Shown here piece by piece: positions 36,857 through 49,153 of a stretch of DNA of 64,000 nt. Location of the stretch: contig NC_043009.1 of assembly GCF_006345805.1 (NCBI RefSeq), positions 9,920,001-9,984,000 of the forward strand, in the 5' to 3' direction. The translations under genes and the position numbers were made by a program. This stretch comes from Octopus sinensis (Eukaryota). Numbering within the stretch: position 1 is the first letter of the stretch; each line of letters starts with the position of its first letter. The notes beneath the pieces were generated by a model that worked only from the letters and a program-made list of their open reading frames with translations, did not search any database and was not told the origin of the DNA.

Positions 36857-37149
36857 TTTTTTTCTTGCCAAATAAATACACGCACTATATATTCGTTTTT
36901 CACTCGTTTATTATTGTTCTTATTTTATATTATGTCCATTGTCTGGAAATCTTTCGTCACCCACCCGTGACCTCTTTAGCGGATGGACTAACAGAACAAG
37001 AAGGGCCACGTGGGGTGGAAAAGTCACTGAAGAGGCCACAGGTATGTGACGAAAGATTTTGAGACAATGGACATGAATTAAAATAAAAACGATAATAAAC
37101 GAGTGAAGAACGAATATACAGTGCGTGTGTTTATTTGGCAAGAAAAAAA
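36857..37149. mobile_element. Foldback element/MITE with ~123-bp arms
   Basis: 36857-36979 is the imperfect reverse complement of 37027-37149. Confidence 0.85.
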
Positions 37150-37332
37150 ATGACCGTCCCGAAACATAATATTTACTATTTATCCTGAGTATTTACTCCA
37201 GCCCTTTTCTGAGCCAAATCCTATTGTGTACTTGTCATTCCCTTTCTCTTTCTCCTGGTCGAAGAATAAAGTACCTATTATTTATTGGATGAAGTTCAAC
37301 TGAACTATATTCTCCGAGCAAATCTGGTACTA

Positions 37333-37749
37333 AGGGCGGCGAGCTGGCAGAAAAGTTAGCACGCCGAGCGAAATGCTTAGCCGTATTTCGTCTGTCGTTA
37401 CGTTCTGAGTTCAAATTCCGCCGAGGTCGACTTTGCCTCTCATCCTTTCGGGGTCGGTAAATTAAGTACCAGTTACGCACTGGGATCGATATAATCGACT
37501 TAATCCGTTTGTCTGTCCTTGTTTGTCCCCTCTGTGTTTAACCCCTTGTGGGTAGTAAAGAAATAGGTATTTCGTCTGCCGCTACGTTCTGAGTTCAAAT
37601 TCCGCCAAGGTCGACTTTGCCTTTCATCCTTTCGGGGTCGATAAATTAAGTACCAGTTATGCACTGGGGTTGATATAATCGACTTAATCCGTTTGTCTGT
37701 CCTTGTTTGTCCTCTCTGTGTTTAACCCTTTGTGGGTAGTAAAGAAATA
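37333..37749 (+). mobile_element. SINE family B partial tandem dimer with 7-bp TSD
   Basis: A full copy followed directly by a head-truncated copy; GGTACTA at 37326-37332 and 37750-37756. Confidence 0.85.
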
Positions 37750-39440
37750 GGTACTATTGCTAAGAAATCTTCAGCTGTAAGTTGTAGATACATCCCATTT
37801 ATAGTTGAGTTCCAGTGATGACATACTTCCAGTTAAACATTTGTATTATAATCAAGGAAAAAAACCTTTGACATTTCTCCTTGCAACATACAAATAATAT
37901 CTTAACACTAAATATTTTAAAAAATCAGTTATAAAAACGCTAGGCTTTATAAGCATGTATCTGACTCATACATTGTTCGCTTTCCAGACATTTCTACATT
38001 ACTGCATGTACTTTATATGCACTTTCTGACAAGTTGTGGTGCACCTGAGCACTGTATACAATAATTTCATTATTACATTATTATTATAATTCCTATACAG
38101 TGGCCTTTTGTAACTACTATTTATCTATATAATCTAACAAAAAAAGCCTGTAAACAAAATGTTTCTCTTTAAGGTCAGCCGATGAATAATCCCCGAACAC
38201 TTTACAAACCACAAGTACTGCTCGTATATTCACGACAATTTAGTTACACCCACGAACTGCATTTTGCCGATAAGAAAGCCTTTACTCACCGACACATTAC
38301 AATTATTCCCCCACCGACAAGCAGTCCTATCTCTTCCACTGCGACTACAACAGACAAACTATTACTATCCCACATTAATCATGATTCAATAACTTATATT
38401 GTCGTCATTGTCTGGTGCATTTTATACTATGTCTCTTATTATAAACATTTATACATTTACTACATTGTTAACCTTTCCTTCTCAGAACAGCATAATACTG
38501 CAACTCAGTCCCTGTCAAGGTTTTCAATACAAATATAGGATGCAGAATTTCTAACTAATCGCTCTGTTTTGACATCTTTCTCCTCCAGGCGAAATAATAT
38601 AAGTATAAATTGAAGTGCGAGGTTGTGATGAAATGAAATTTAACAGTTAAAGAGAAGGAAAACATGCTCAATCTTGTTCTATTTATTTTTTCTTTCATGT
38701 CCTTCTCTCTTTATCTCATTCTCCTCTTTATTTGCTTTTATAGATATAAGTCCATGCGCAGACGTTGAGTATGACACTATCACGAATATGTGTGCATAGC
38801 ATTATGACATTTATCCAACATTTTAGTTAATTACAAAAGCGAATGGTTGTTGAGAAAGAAAGAGATATTAAAAGAGCTTTCAATGAGTTACTCATTGCAA
38901 ACATAAAATAAATATTGATATTATTTGCTGTAGTCATGGAAATTAGTAAAAGGAAGAGCTCGCTCGCTCGTTAGATGACTTTTTAATTCATGTAGGAATC
39001 GATATTCATTATCACAAGTGTATAAAAAGAGTCTGACTCTCAAGTGTTTCAGTGTTGAGTCACATCTGGCAATACTGTCCAATGTTGGTAATAATAAGGT
39101 TTGCGTTCAGCATGGGATTTGAGCAAAGTGATTGTCCTGCGTTCAAATCCAGTTGAAGTCAAATTTATTCGTCCTTCTGCAATCGATAAAATAAAAGAGA
39201 AGACAAATATTGAGGATCGATTTAATCGCCCACACCTTCTTGTTAAGTGGCGTTGATGACAGTTTTATAAATCAATTATAAACTATCATTTTGTTTGACC
39301 TGTTAATAAGTTACACGTTCATGTTATCTTTCCAGAACTAGGTAGGACGGGCGAGTATGATTTAGTGACATATCCTTTACCTATGGCTTAAGGTAACAAA
39401 AAAAGGAAAAAAAATCCATGTTTCGGCGATGAGTATTTTA

Positions 39441-39943
39441 GTGGTTCGATCTGGGAAAGACTTCCGTCCGTCCCCACCCAATTTTCTCCCAAATTTATTT
39501 ATTTAAAAAATTTTTTTGCCCAAAATCCCCATTTTCGGATACGGAGGATCCGGAAAATACCAAAAATCGGCATTGTGAAATTCCTCCTTCCCCCCTTTCC
39601 CTCCAACTTCTTCAATTTTGACTTTTTTCCCCAAGACTAACCCTAAAACTCTAAAACCCTTAAATCTTAAAAAAAAAAGTTTTACAAAAATTTTTGGAAA
39701 TTTTTTTCAGAATCATAATCTCTGTATTTTCCCGCATATTTTGAAGAAAAAAATTCTGAAAAAAGTTTAAAATGAAGGAAATGGGTGGATGGGTGGGTAA
39801 TTTAGAAATGTCGATTTTTGCCAATTTTTTTGCAAATTCGTTTTCCCCATAGCCAAAAAGTGTCGAAAAAAAAATTTTTTTAAGGGTGTTTTTTTTTTTG
39901 CGGGGGGGGGGGGGGGCAGAAGTCTTACCTCGATCTGAACTAC
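39441..39943. mobile_element. MITE-like element with ~25-bp imperfect TIRs
   Basis: GTGGTTCGATCTGGGAAAGACTTC versus reverse complement GTAGTTCAGATCGAGGTAAGACTTC. Confidence 0.5.
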
Positions 39944-40339
39944 GTGCTTATTAAATTATAATGTTCAACTCAGTTCAGTTCTTCCTGTGCTTTCGTGCAC
40001 ACTGGGACAGCAAGTTGATAACCACTGGTCTTTGCTGGCTGCAGTTTCCTCTGTTTCCGGACAAGTAGTATTTTGGCTTCTCTCATATAAGTTATGAATA
40101 ATATAATAATGAAATTGTTGTATAGTGTTCAGGTGCTCTATAACATAAAAGAAAAGGCATTAAGTGTACTGTTGGCAAATTTCAGGAAGTTTTGAAGGCT
40201 GTAGTGTCTCGACAGCTAACAACTGATGCTGGTAGCTTTCAGCAATTTTGAGCATGAAAAAATGTTTCCGAAAGTCATGGGTGCTGTGTTGTTTTTTGAG
40301 TTGTAAGCGTGTCTACGAGTGTTTGGCGTATAGAATTCA

Positions 40340-40510
40340 AAAAGGTGCCCAAAGAAATATTGGAAAGATGGTGGATAATCTTGTGGGTGTCTACCAAGTC
40401 ATTTGCGTGACTTGCACCACCAAGCTTTCGGTTTTCTTCCCTTTCCTTTCTCTTCAGATGGTGTCCATTTGAAAGCTATTTTAGAATGGCGGTTGTTCAG
40501 GTAGCCCTCA
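40340..40510 (-). pseudogene. RTE-clade LINE C-terminal remnant
   Basis: NNRHSKIAFKWTPSEEKGKGRKPKAWW. Confidence 0.5.
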
Positions 40511-40690
40511 TGCAAATTGCCGAAATGCAAGAAATTAAACAACAAATAGCTTACAAACTACAGAATTTTCTCAAGAAAGCCAAGAGAAAAAGATGTTTTA
40601 TGTAACACATTCTACCAGTATACAAAGTTTAAAAGTGTTTAGTTACAAAGAAATTATTTTAAAAATCTGCCGGTCAAAGTGAAAAGATCC
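40510..40690. mobile_element. GGATC-MITE variant, one end only
   Basis: Ends ...CTGCCGGTCAAAGTGAAAAGATCC. Confidence 0.75.
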
Positions 40691-40903
40691 TAACTTCTTA
40701 AACATTTGATCACTCCAACCTCACACAAACACTGACCAGCTAAGCTGGTAGCAGGAACCTTTTATCTGTTGCTTGTTTCAGTCGTCAGACTGCGGTCATG
40801 TTTAATCGATTGAATCAACCCTATTAGGACGCCATGATAGATCGTTAGCTCCTACACGCATTTTTTCTCTCCTTGTTTCTCTCCTTGTTTTTTTTTCTGT
40901 GTA

Positions 40904-40941
40904 TCTTTCTGTGGAAGAGCGTAGGCTCGAAACGTAAAAGA
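40904..40941 (+). ncRNA. Degenerate hammerhead-like motif (Penelope-type end)
   Basis: TCTTT-CTGTGGA-A-GAGC(GTAG)GCTC-GAAA-CG-TA-AAAGA. Confidence 0.35.
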
Positions 40942-41089
40942 CTTTTTCTATTTCTATTCCTGAGCGCTATACTAATACATTTGTTTGTTTGTACTCCACC
41001 TGCCTTCGTCTTTTGTTTATTTTCGTAAACTTTCCCGTTACATTTTTTTAAAGCCTAGTAATTATTCTATCCGTTCTTTTGCCAAACAG

Positions 41090-41258
41090 CTCTGTTACAG
41101 GTTGTCAAACAGACACACGACAAAACTTTCAGTTTCTGTCTACCAAATCTACTCACAAGGCTTTGGTCGGCCCGAGGCTATAGTAGAAGACACTTGCCCA
41201 AGATGCCACACAGTCGGACTGAACCCGGAACCATGTGGTTGGTAAGCAACCTTCTTTA
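41090..41258 (-). mobile_element. SINE family A head half
   Basis: Match to the head half of the consensus. Confidence 0.7.
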
Positions 41259-41792
41259 GTCACAACCTTTACTACTTAAATACAAGACTTACCGATTTAC
41301 TTTCCAAACTTCTACGGACTTTACAGAATAAATATCCATAGATACTTAGTTTGTAGTCATGAGCAGCTCGTGGGAGTTTCTGAATGACGACATGCCTAAC
41401 GAACAAATTACCTTCAATTTCTTTTTTAGTGTGGCCCACCTAACGATGGACCTTGTCTCATGAGGCCCGCTTCTCGAAAAAGGTTGCCCATGCATGTTAT
41501 AGAGGATGGTTTAATGACCCACTTTATCTCAGTGCTACTATATCTTTGCTCATAAAAGAAACCGTTGTATATTACTCTTTCTTTACAAAGAAAGAAGAAA
41601 GTCTCTATGCGGGCGTATTACTTGCTAGAAATAAGTCAAATCTCCGTCAGATCATACACTGATGTCTTTAAAAAGGAAGGGCGCGAGGATAAAGTAGCGC
41701 TAGATACATTGGATATATAATGTTCAAAAACGGAATAATTATAATAGAACTATTCAATTAAGGTTATTCTGGTTCTAAGCAACATTCGCAAT

Positions 41793-42055
41793 CAGTGGCC
41801 AGTGGGGTCTAGGATTTTTTTGGGGTCGGGTGATGTCCAAAAGTTTTGTAAAAGCACTATATAAGGTGACAATTGCAATTCGTAACAAATGGACACATTT
41901 TAATGTTTTCTAACTTTGCTGCAGCAGACCATATGCATATGAAACAGTAATGCTGTGAAACTGCTGGAAATAAAATAAATGCTATATTTGCAACGGTTCG
42001 GCTAGAAAGGGTTGTGCAGGGGCAACCTAGGGCAACACCCGTGCATCCGTCACTG
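41793..42055. mobile_element. Possible hAT-like MITE
   Basis: CAGTGG... left end and ...GTGCATCCGTCACTG right end; degenerate. Confidence 0.3.
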
Positions 42056-42406
42056 ACAATTCGTATTTTCATCAAATAAATTCTGTCTATCAAGCATTTA
42101 TATTCTATTCAGTTTGGTTTGACTCTGCATACTTGCCTTACGGTGCTAACCTTTCTTCTAGTTATATAAGTGTACTTTGGAGAATGTCAGCTGGAAAATT
42201 TATTGAGTGTGACCTTATATATCTAACAAACAAATATATGCAAATACCTAGAAAAGTGTCTATCGTTTTAGGTCGTTTTATATACGGATACCTGAATTTA
42301 TATAATGTGTATGTATATCTATGTATATGTACATACTATGTGTGTGTGTGTGCGCGGGCGTCATGTCTATATATGTAGATAGGATCTATTCCATCTGATG
42401 GAACAG

Positions 42407-42509
<103 letters not shown>

Positions 42510-42840
42510 CGTGTGTGTGTGTGCGTGCGTATATCTATGTACCATACGTATCTTTATGTGCGTATATAAATAAGTAGGCGTACGTACGATACACACGTAT
42601 GTATATGCATATACACATATACTCATTATTTATTTTCTCTTTTTAATTAGTGGTCTGAGTTGCCTCTCGAAACTGTTGAAGCATTTCTTGGGAGGCAATT
42701 TGGAACATATTGATTCGCCTTAAGGATCTTTTCTGTTGCTGCCACGGCTTTTTGTTTTTTTAAAACTTAATTCCAATTGGTTTTAAATTTGGCGTACTGA
42801 TGTAGTTTTGTATGCTTATTATGAAAATGAAATTCATTTT

Positions 42841-42997
42841 TAGGAGTGGTAAGTGTGGTAAGTAGCTTGCTAACCAACCACATGATTCCGGGTTGTCCCA
42901 CTGCGTGGCATCTTGGGCAAGTGTCTTCTGCTATAGCCCCGGGCCGACCAAAGCCTTGTGAGTGGATTTGGTAAATGGAAACTGAAAGAAGCCCGTC

Positions 42998-43060
<63 letters not shown>

Positions 43061-43292
43061 AGTCTGTATATGTTTGAGTGTCTGTGTTTGTCCCCCCAAC
43101 ATCGCTTGACAACCGGTGCTGGTGTGTTTACGTCTGCGTAACTTAGCGATTCGGCAAAAGAGACCGATAGAATAAGTACTAGGCTTACAAAAAATAAGTC
43201 CTGGGGTTGATTTCCTCGACTAAAAAGGCGGTGCTCCAGCATGGCCACAATCAAATGACTGAAACAAGTAAAAGAGAGTAAAAGAAAAGAGA
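42841..43292 (+). mobile_element. SINE family A with expanded internal (TA)n
   Basis: (TA)n at 42999-43055. Confidence 0.85.
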
Positions 43293-43514
43293 GCTTTTAA
43301 ACTTTGCAAATTTTGGGCAATTTTAGCCAATCAAAATCCAGTGACATTGGTGCCTGTTTCTATAGTAACAAGCCAAGCTGTCGTCGCCTTAAAACTACGA
43401 CCAAATAATTTCTTTACTTGTCTATTTTCTTTGACGCGTGCTTTTTTTTTTTCCCCTGAACTTTCGTTTTTGAATTTACGCTACAGAAAGTGTATTGTTT
43501 ACATGAAGTAACGT

Positions 43515-43900
43515 ACTCTTTTACTTGTTTCAGTCATTTGACTATGGCCATGCTGGAACACCGCCTTTAGTTGAGCAAATCGACCACAGGACTTATTCTT
43601 TGTAAGCTTAGTACTTATTCTATCGGTCTCTTTTGCCGAACCGCTAAGTTACGGGGATGTAAACACACCAGCATCGGTTGTCAAGCGATGTTGGGGGGAT
43701 AAACACAGAGACACAAACACATACACGCATATATATATATATATACATATATACAACGAGCTTCTTTCAGTTTCCATCGACCAAATCCACTCACAAGGCT
43801 TTGGTTAACCTGAGACTATAGTAGAAGACATTTACCCAAGACTGAACTCAGAACCATGTGGTTGGTAAGCAAACTACTTATCACACAGCCACTCCTGTGC
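43515..43900 (-). mobile_element. SINE family A
   Basis: Match to the consensus with a short deletion in the head. Confidence 0.8.
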
Positions 43901-44019
43901 CTACAGTTTTTTTTTTGTAATTTTTCACAAGAAAATTTTCCCAACCAATTTTTTCTTTTTAAATTTACACGCCTTTTCGACCATTTCAGCCCCCCAACTT
44001 TAATCCTACACCTTAACTC

Positions 44020-44115
44020 CAAACCTACACCCTAACCCTAAACCCTAACCTTAAACTCTAAGTCCAACTCTGAACCCAACCTTAAACCCCAACCCTAAAT
44101 CTAAACCCTAACATA
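44020..44115. repeat. Degenerate CCCTAA/CCCTAAA-like array
   Basis: CCCTAACCCTAAACCCTAACCTTAAACTCTAA... Confidence 0.7.
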
Positions 44116-44129
44116 AAATTTGTTTTATA

Positions 44130-45129
44130 ATATTTCTTTTATTGTCCACAGGAGGCTAGACATAGAGGGGACAAACAAGGACAGACAAAGGGATTAAGTC
44201 GATTACATCGACCCCAGTGCGTAACTGGTACTTATTTAATCGACCCCGAAAGAATGAAAGGCAAAGTTGACCTCGGTGGAATTTGAACTCAGATCGTAAC
44301 AGCAGACGAAATTACACAAGAAAAGTTTTGGTGAGGAGGTTTTTATTTTTAAATTATTTACATGTCTCTTCGACTGTTTCACATTACTTTCTTCATTAAA
44401 ACTTATTAAAACTTCAAAACTTCTTACTACTTTCGTCTTGTATTGCTTTATTATTTTACCATTTCCAGTCATTGAACTGCAATCATGATGGAGCATGGGC
44501 TCTTAAAATTTTAAGGCAGTGGTCCCCAAACTTTTTCCATAACAGATTGGTTCGATGTAAGACAATTTTTCCATGGATCTGGTATCAAATTCTTAACACA
44601 ATAAAGTGCATAATATATAATTTAATTAATTACACATACCAAATGACCCACTACCAAATGATTTACAAATGCTGTACTGGTTGACCCTTGGTTTAAAGGA
44701 TTAAATCAACCCCAGTACAACACTTATATCAATCTGGTTCTCATCTATCATTCTATTTGTGAAACTACAAATTTATGAGTCATGGCACAATACAACACAA
44801 ATATGAACTGAAGCATGCATAAGTGATGTTGGTCAGTTTGGTGCTATACTAAAAGGAATGCATGGTTGCAGCACAATCTACTGAACCCTGCTCACCACCA
44901 CCACATCATCATCATCATCATCATCACTTTTACATCTATTTTTCCATTCATGCTCATGTTGGATGAGTCTTTTTTCAACACAATATCTTACCATTTATGA
45001 AACTCTTTCATAATTTCCTTCGTGAAGTTCAATATCTGTTTCTTTATTACCCACAAGGAGTTAAACATAGAGAGGACAAACAAGGACAGACAAACGGATT
45101 AAGTCGATTATATCAACCCCAGTGCATAA

Positions 45130-45132
<3 letters not shown>
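44130..45132 (-). mobile_element. SINE family B partial copies (44130-44315 and 45035-45132)
   Basis: GGACAAACAAGGACAGACAAA tail segments. Confidence 0.7.
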
Positions 45133-45168
<36 letters not shown>

Positions 45169-45899
45169 ACTGCAGAATAGTCTTAATAGTAAAAATTTCA
45201 ATTCCTTGGATGACGTAAAAAAGATACCTTGATGAATTCTTTGCCATGAAACCACCTCAATTCTGGGAAGAGGGTATTTTCAAGTTAAAGGAAAGATGGA
45301 GACGCATTGTGCAACAAAATGGTTCATATTTGGTTGATTAAAAATGTAACGGCAAGTATTTATTGACCTTTTCCTTTCCTTTAAAAATCGGCATGAACTT
45401 TCATGACAACCCAATATATACAAATGTGTATATGTGTGTCTGTGTGTGTATAAAATGGTAATGACCTTGAGCAACATAAGACAAAAGCGATTGTCTTTAT
45501 CATTGTGGTTGTTACATTATGAAGTGTTAAGTCTCTGTAGACCAGAACTAAACCAGTTTTGATTCCTGTTTGGGAACATTCCATTTATATCAATAATGTT
45601 ACTTGGAAAGGCTTCCTATTTCTAATCTGCTAAGTCTGGTAAAAACGGGGTTTTTTTTTAGTTTAGAAAAAACAAATGGTGCTGCTTTGCAATGGAAACT
45701 CATGTTTTCTTTGTATCCCAACCAAAAACAATAAACTTCCATTGAGTAAAGACGGCTCTTGTTTACACAAGGTAATGTTGTTATTAGCTGTTCCAAAGAA
45801 ACCCCTACACAGTCATTTTATCTGTTAGACATAGCAGTCAAAGTTTCTTCAAATCATTACATGCCACTTAAAAAAAAAAAAAGAAAAAGAGAAAAAGAT

Positions 45900-46050
45900 G
45901 ACAGATACATTTGATAATGAAGATCCTGCATAGAATGGTTTTGATAATGCCACATGAAAGTCTTGCTCAAGAACCTCACACAGCCCGGCCTAGGAATCAA
46001 ACTCATTACCTCATGATTGTGAGTTTGACACTCTAACCACTGAGCCACGC
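45900..46050 (-). mobile_element. SINE family C remnant
   Basis: TCTTGCTCAAGAAC...CTCTAACCACTGAGCCAC, the reverse of a tRNA-like head. Confidence 0.55.
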
Positions 46051-46160
46051 ATATGTACTTAGTCTTGTTCAAAATAAATTTTGATGGGTTTCTTGGCCTA
46101 GGAGAGCTTCACCCTTAGTACAGTCAGAAACTACGTATGCTCCCTTTGTTATATTGCTTA

Positions 46161-46382
46161 TATGAAGGAGTGCTGAAACGTTCCTGGTTTTAAGGGTATC
46201 ATGAAAGCCCTGGCTGCAGGTCCAACTTTCTGTGTTCTTTTACAGGGTTTAGAAAAACTGAAGGACTGCTGCAATTAGTGTGTGAATCTGAGAGGAGAAT
46301 ATGTTGAATAAAATCATAATTAACTGATCCTCCTGCATATTGTTTTACCCAAAACCAGGGACATTTCAGCACTCCCTTGTTT
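46161..46382. mobile_element. Mariner-type MITE, inverted relative to 26256-26455
   Basis: TATGAAGGAGTGCTGAAACGTTCCTGG / CCAGGGACATTTCAGCACTCCCTTG TIRs. Confidence 0.7.
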
Positions 46383-46581
46383 ATTAGTTGATATCTGGAG
46401 ACCAGATCTGGCTATAAATACCCTAGGATAATTAGAAAGACTGAGGAAACAGGCAGGGTTCTCAGTGACCTGAAACAGAACACATCCAATTAAGTTAAAA
46501 TATTAATTGTTCGCTAAATATATCTTACTCTTTCATTCACAAGCCTAAAATTACTTTTGAGCAAGTATATATATGTATATA

Positions 46582-46631
<50 letters not shown>

Positions 46632-46639
46632 ATATATAT

Positions 46640-46800
46640 AGGAGTGGGTGTGTGGTAAGTAGCTTGCTTACCAACCACATGGTTCTAGGTTCAGTCCCAC
46701 TGCGTGATACCTTGGGCAAGTGTCTTCTACTATAGCCTCAGGCCGACCAAAGCCTTGTGAGTGAATTTGCTAGACAGAAACTGAAAGAAGCCCGTCGTAT
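46640..46800 (+). mobile_element. SINE family A head half between (TA)n blocks
   Basis: Match to the head half of the consensus. Confidence 0.75.
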
Positions 46801-46803
46801 ATA

Positions 46804-46844
<41 letters not shown>

Positions 46845-46928
46845 TTTCTTTACCTAGTGGTCAGCATTTCTAAACTCATAGTTATTTCGATCTTGAAAGG
46901 ATGGACTTGGTGCAAACTTAACTGTATC

Positions 46929-46936
<8 letters not shown>

Positions 46937-46985
<49 letters not shown>
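46937..46985. repeat. (ATT)n microsatellite
   Basis: Direct reading. Confidence 0.95.
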
Positions 46986-46986
<1 letters not shown>

Positions 46987-47333
46987 ATTAATAGTAATTT
47001 TTATTAACTTTTATAGCTTTAGAATTTTATGAACTGAACCATGGTTTTAATTATTATTTTTCATCTCCCTATGTGTTAGTTTTTTTTTTTTTTTTTTTAT
47101 AAAAACTATTAGCCAAATATGTATAATATCGGTACTTATTAATATTAATATATACACTGATATATATTTTGTTTTATTTTGTTCTGTTTACCTTCCTTTA
47201 TTGTACCAATGAGTATTATATTATATAAGTGTAGCATTATGATGTATAAGTTTTTATATTTTACATTTTTATATTTTTATATTTATATGTATATGGTTAT
47301 ATAATATTTTTCACAATTATAACAAATTAATTT

Positions 47334-47449
47334 AATTCTCTGAAGAGGCCGTGGGGCATCCTTGTTAATGCCTCATTTATACCTGCCTTTATGGCTTATA
47401 GGTTAAATGAGGTATGACTGCCCTCACTGCCGAAACAGCTGTCAGTTTT
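47334..47449 (+). ncRNA. Type I minimal hammerhead ribozyme with extended branched stem II (Penelope-type)
   Basis: CTGAAGA (47340-47346), stem II GGC...GCC enclosing 85 nt in total, GAAA (47432-47435), palindromic stem III ACAGCTGT, GTC cleavage triplet ending at 47443. Stem I is imperfect. Confidence 0.6.
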
Positions 47450-47634
47450 GATTTAATTGCATATTATATTTGAAATTTTTTACTTATATCTCTTTATCTT
47501 TTTACTATTACTGTATATCTCATTTTGTATAATGCCTTTACTCATATGTAATGGTGTATTAAAGTATTGATTGGGTATCATCGGATAGTTGATGTTTTAT
47601 TGATTTAAGTATGTTTCTCCATTCTCTAATTTTG

Positions 47635-47668
<34 letters not shown>

Positions 47669-47671
<3 letters not shown>

Positions 47672-48664
47672 GCTTAGATTTCCCTTGGCGGGCTGCCCAG
47701 ATTGGAGCAATCTCAAGATTAATCAGCCGAAATTGCGAAGATGATCTGGTTCTTGACTGATGACTGAGAGCTTCGAAAGTCCCGTCTGTGTGTTTTTTTG
47801 TCGTCTTCAAAATGTTTCACGTTCTTGTCCCAGTTTGTGTTTTTTTAACGTTTACCTATATACATGGCGGCTACGTATCCTACCTTTTAACCCTATACTG
47901 TAAGTATATTACTCTCTAACATTGGTACGACTCGACTACACTGTCTCTTTTTCCCCCCTCTCCTACTTTTCTCCGTCTTCACCCTTTTCACTCCCCTTGT
48001 TCTGTCTCTTTCCCTCTTTTTCTTCTCCTCCCTTGTTCCCCTTCTTTCTTTCTCTCTTCCTCCGTCCCTCCTCTCCCACATTTCTCTGCCTCTCAGACCT
48101 TATACCCCACTTGACCTGTCCCTTTCCTTCTCCTGCTTCTCTCTTCATCTGTCCCTTTCTCCTTTTTGTGCTCACGTGACCAGCTAGCTACTACTGCCTT
48201 TCGCATCAAGTAGTTACTGTGACAACACGTATTTGTTTGTGCTCCGTTTGCCTTCAGGCACTTGTTCCACAGCCAGCCTATACCCAACTCGTCCTGTCGA
48301 AAGACGCTTGTCCTGACGTCCTGGATTTGTTATTATTGTTTTTACGTTATTTTGTATTTTTATCCGTGCTATCTTTATTGTTTTTACGTCTTTTTGAATT
48401 TTTTTCGAGTATCATCATCCGTTTTTCCGTCACCGTGTTGTATACTTTCGAGGTTTTCTTCCAAGGAATCTAATGCGATTGGCTTAGATTTCCCTTGGCG
48501 GGCTGCCCAGATTGGAGCAATCTCAAGATTAATCAGCCGAAATTGCGAAGATGATCTGGTTCTTGACTGATGACTGAGAGCTTCGAAAGTCCCGTCTGTG
48601 TGTTTTTTTGTCATCTTCAAAATGTTTCACGTTCTTGTCCCAGTTTGTGTTTTTTTAACGTTTA

Positions 48665-48672
<8 letters not shown>
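47669..48672. mobile_element. Direct-repeat-bounded element (194-bp repeats), Penelope-like or TRIM-like non-autonomous unit
   Basis: 47669-47862 versus 48479-48672, one mismatch seen; (TA)n on both outer sides; no recognisable ORF inside. Confidence 0.6.
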
Positions 48673-48759
<87 letters not shown>

Positions 48760-48829
48760 GTATATATATGTATGTATGTATGTATATATATGTATGTATG
48801 TATATATATGTATATATGTATGTGTGTAT

Positions 48830-49047
48830 ATGTTTGTGTGTCTGTGTTTGTCACCCCAACATCACTTGACAACCGATGCTGGTGTATTTTCGTCCCCCGT
48901 AACTTAGAAGTTCGGCAAAAGAGACCGATAGAATAAGTACTAGGCTTACAAAGAATAAGTCCTGGGGTCGATTTGCTCGATCGACTAAAAGCAGTGCTCC
49001 AGTATGGCCAAAGTCAAATGACTGAAACAAGTAAAAGAGTAAAAGAA
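48830..49047 (+). mobile_element. SINE family A 3' half
   Basis: Match to the tail half of the consensus. Confidence 0.75.
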
Positions 49048-49112
49048 TACATATAAGAATGGTGGTGCCCCAGCATGGCCACAGCTTGTGAGCTGAAACT
49101 AGATAAAAAAAA

Positions 49113-49153
<41 letters not shown>

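Noticed and set aside
47756-47790. CTGATGA...GAAA in both 194-bp repeats (also ~48566)
   Set aside because: Stems I-III cannot be paired convincingly, so it is not called as a ribozyme.
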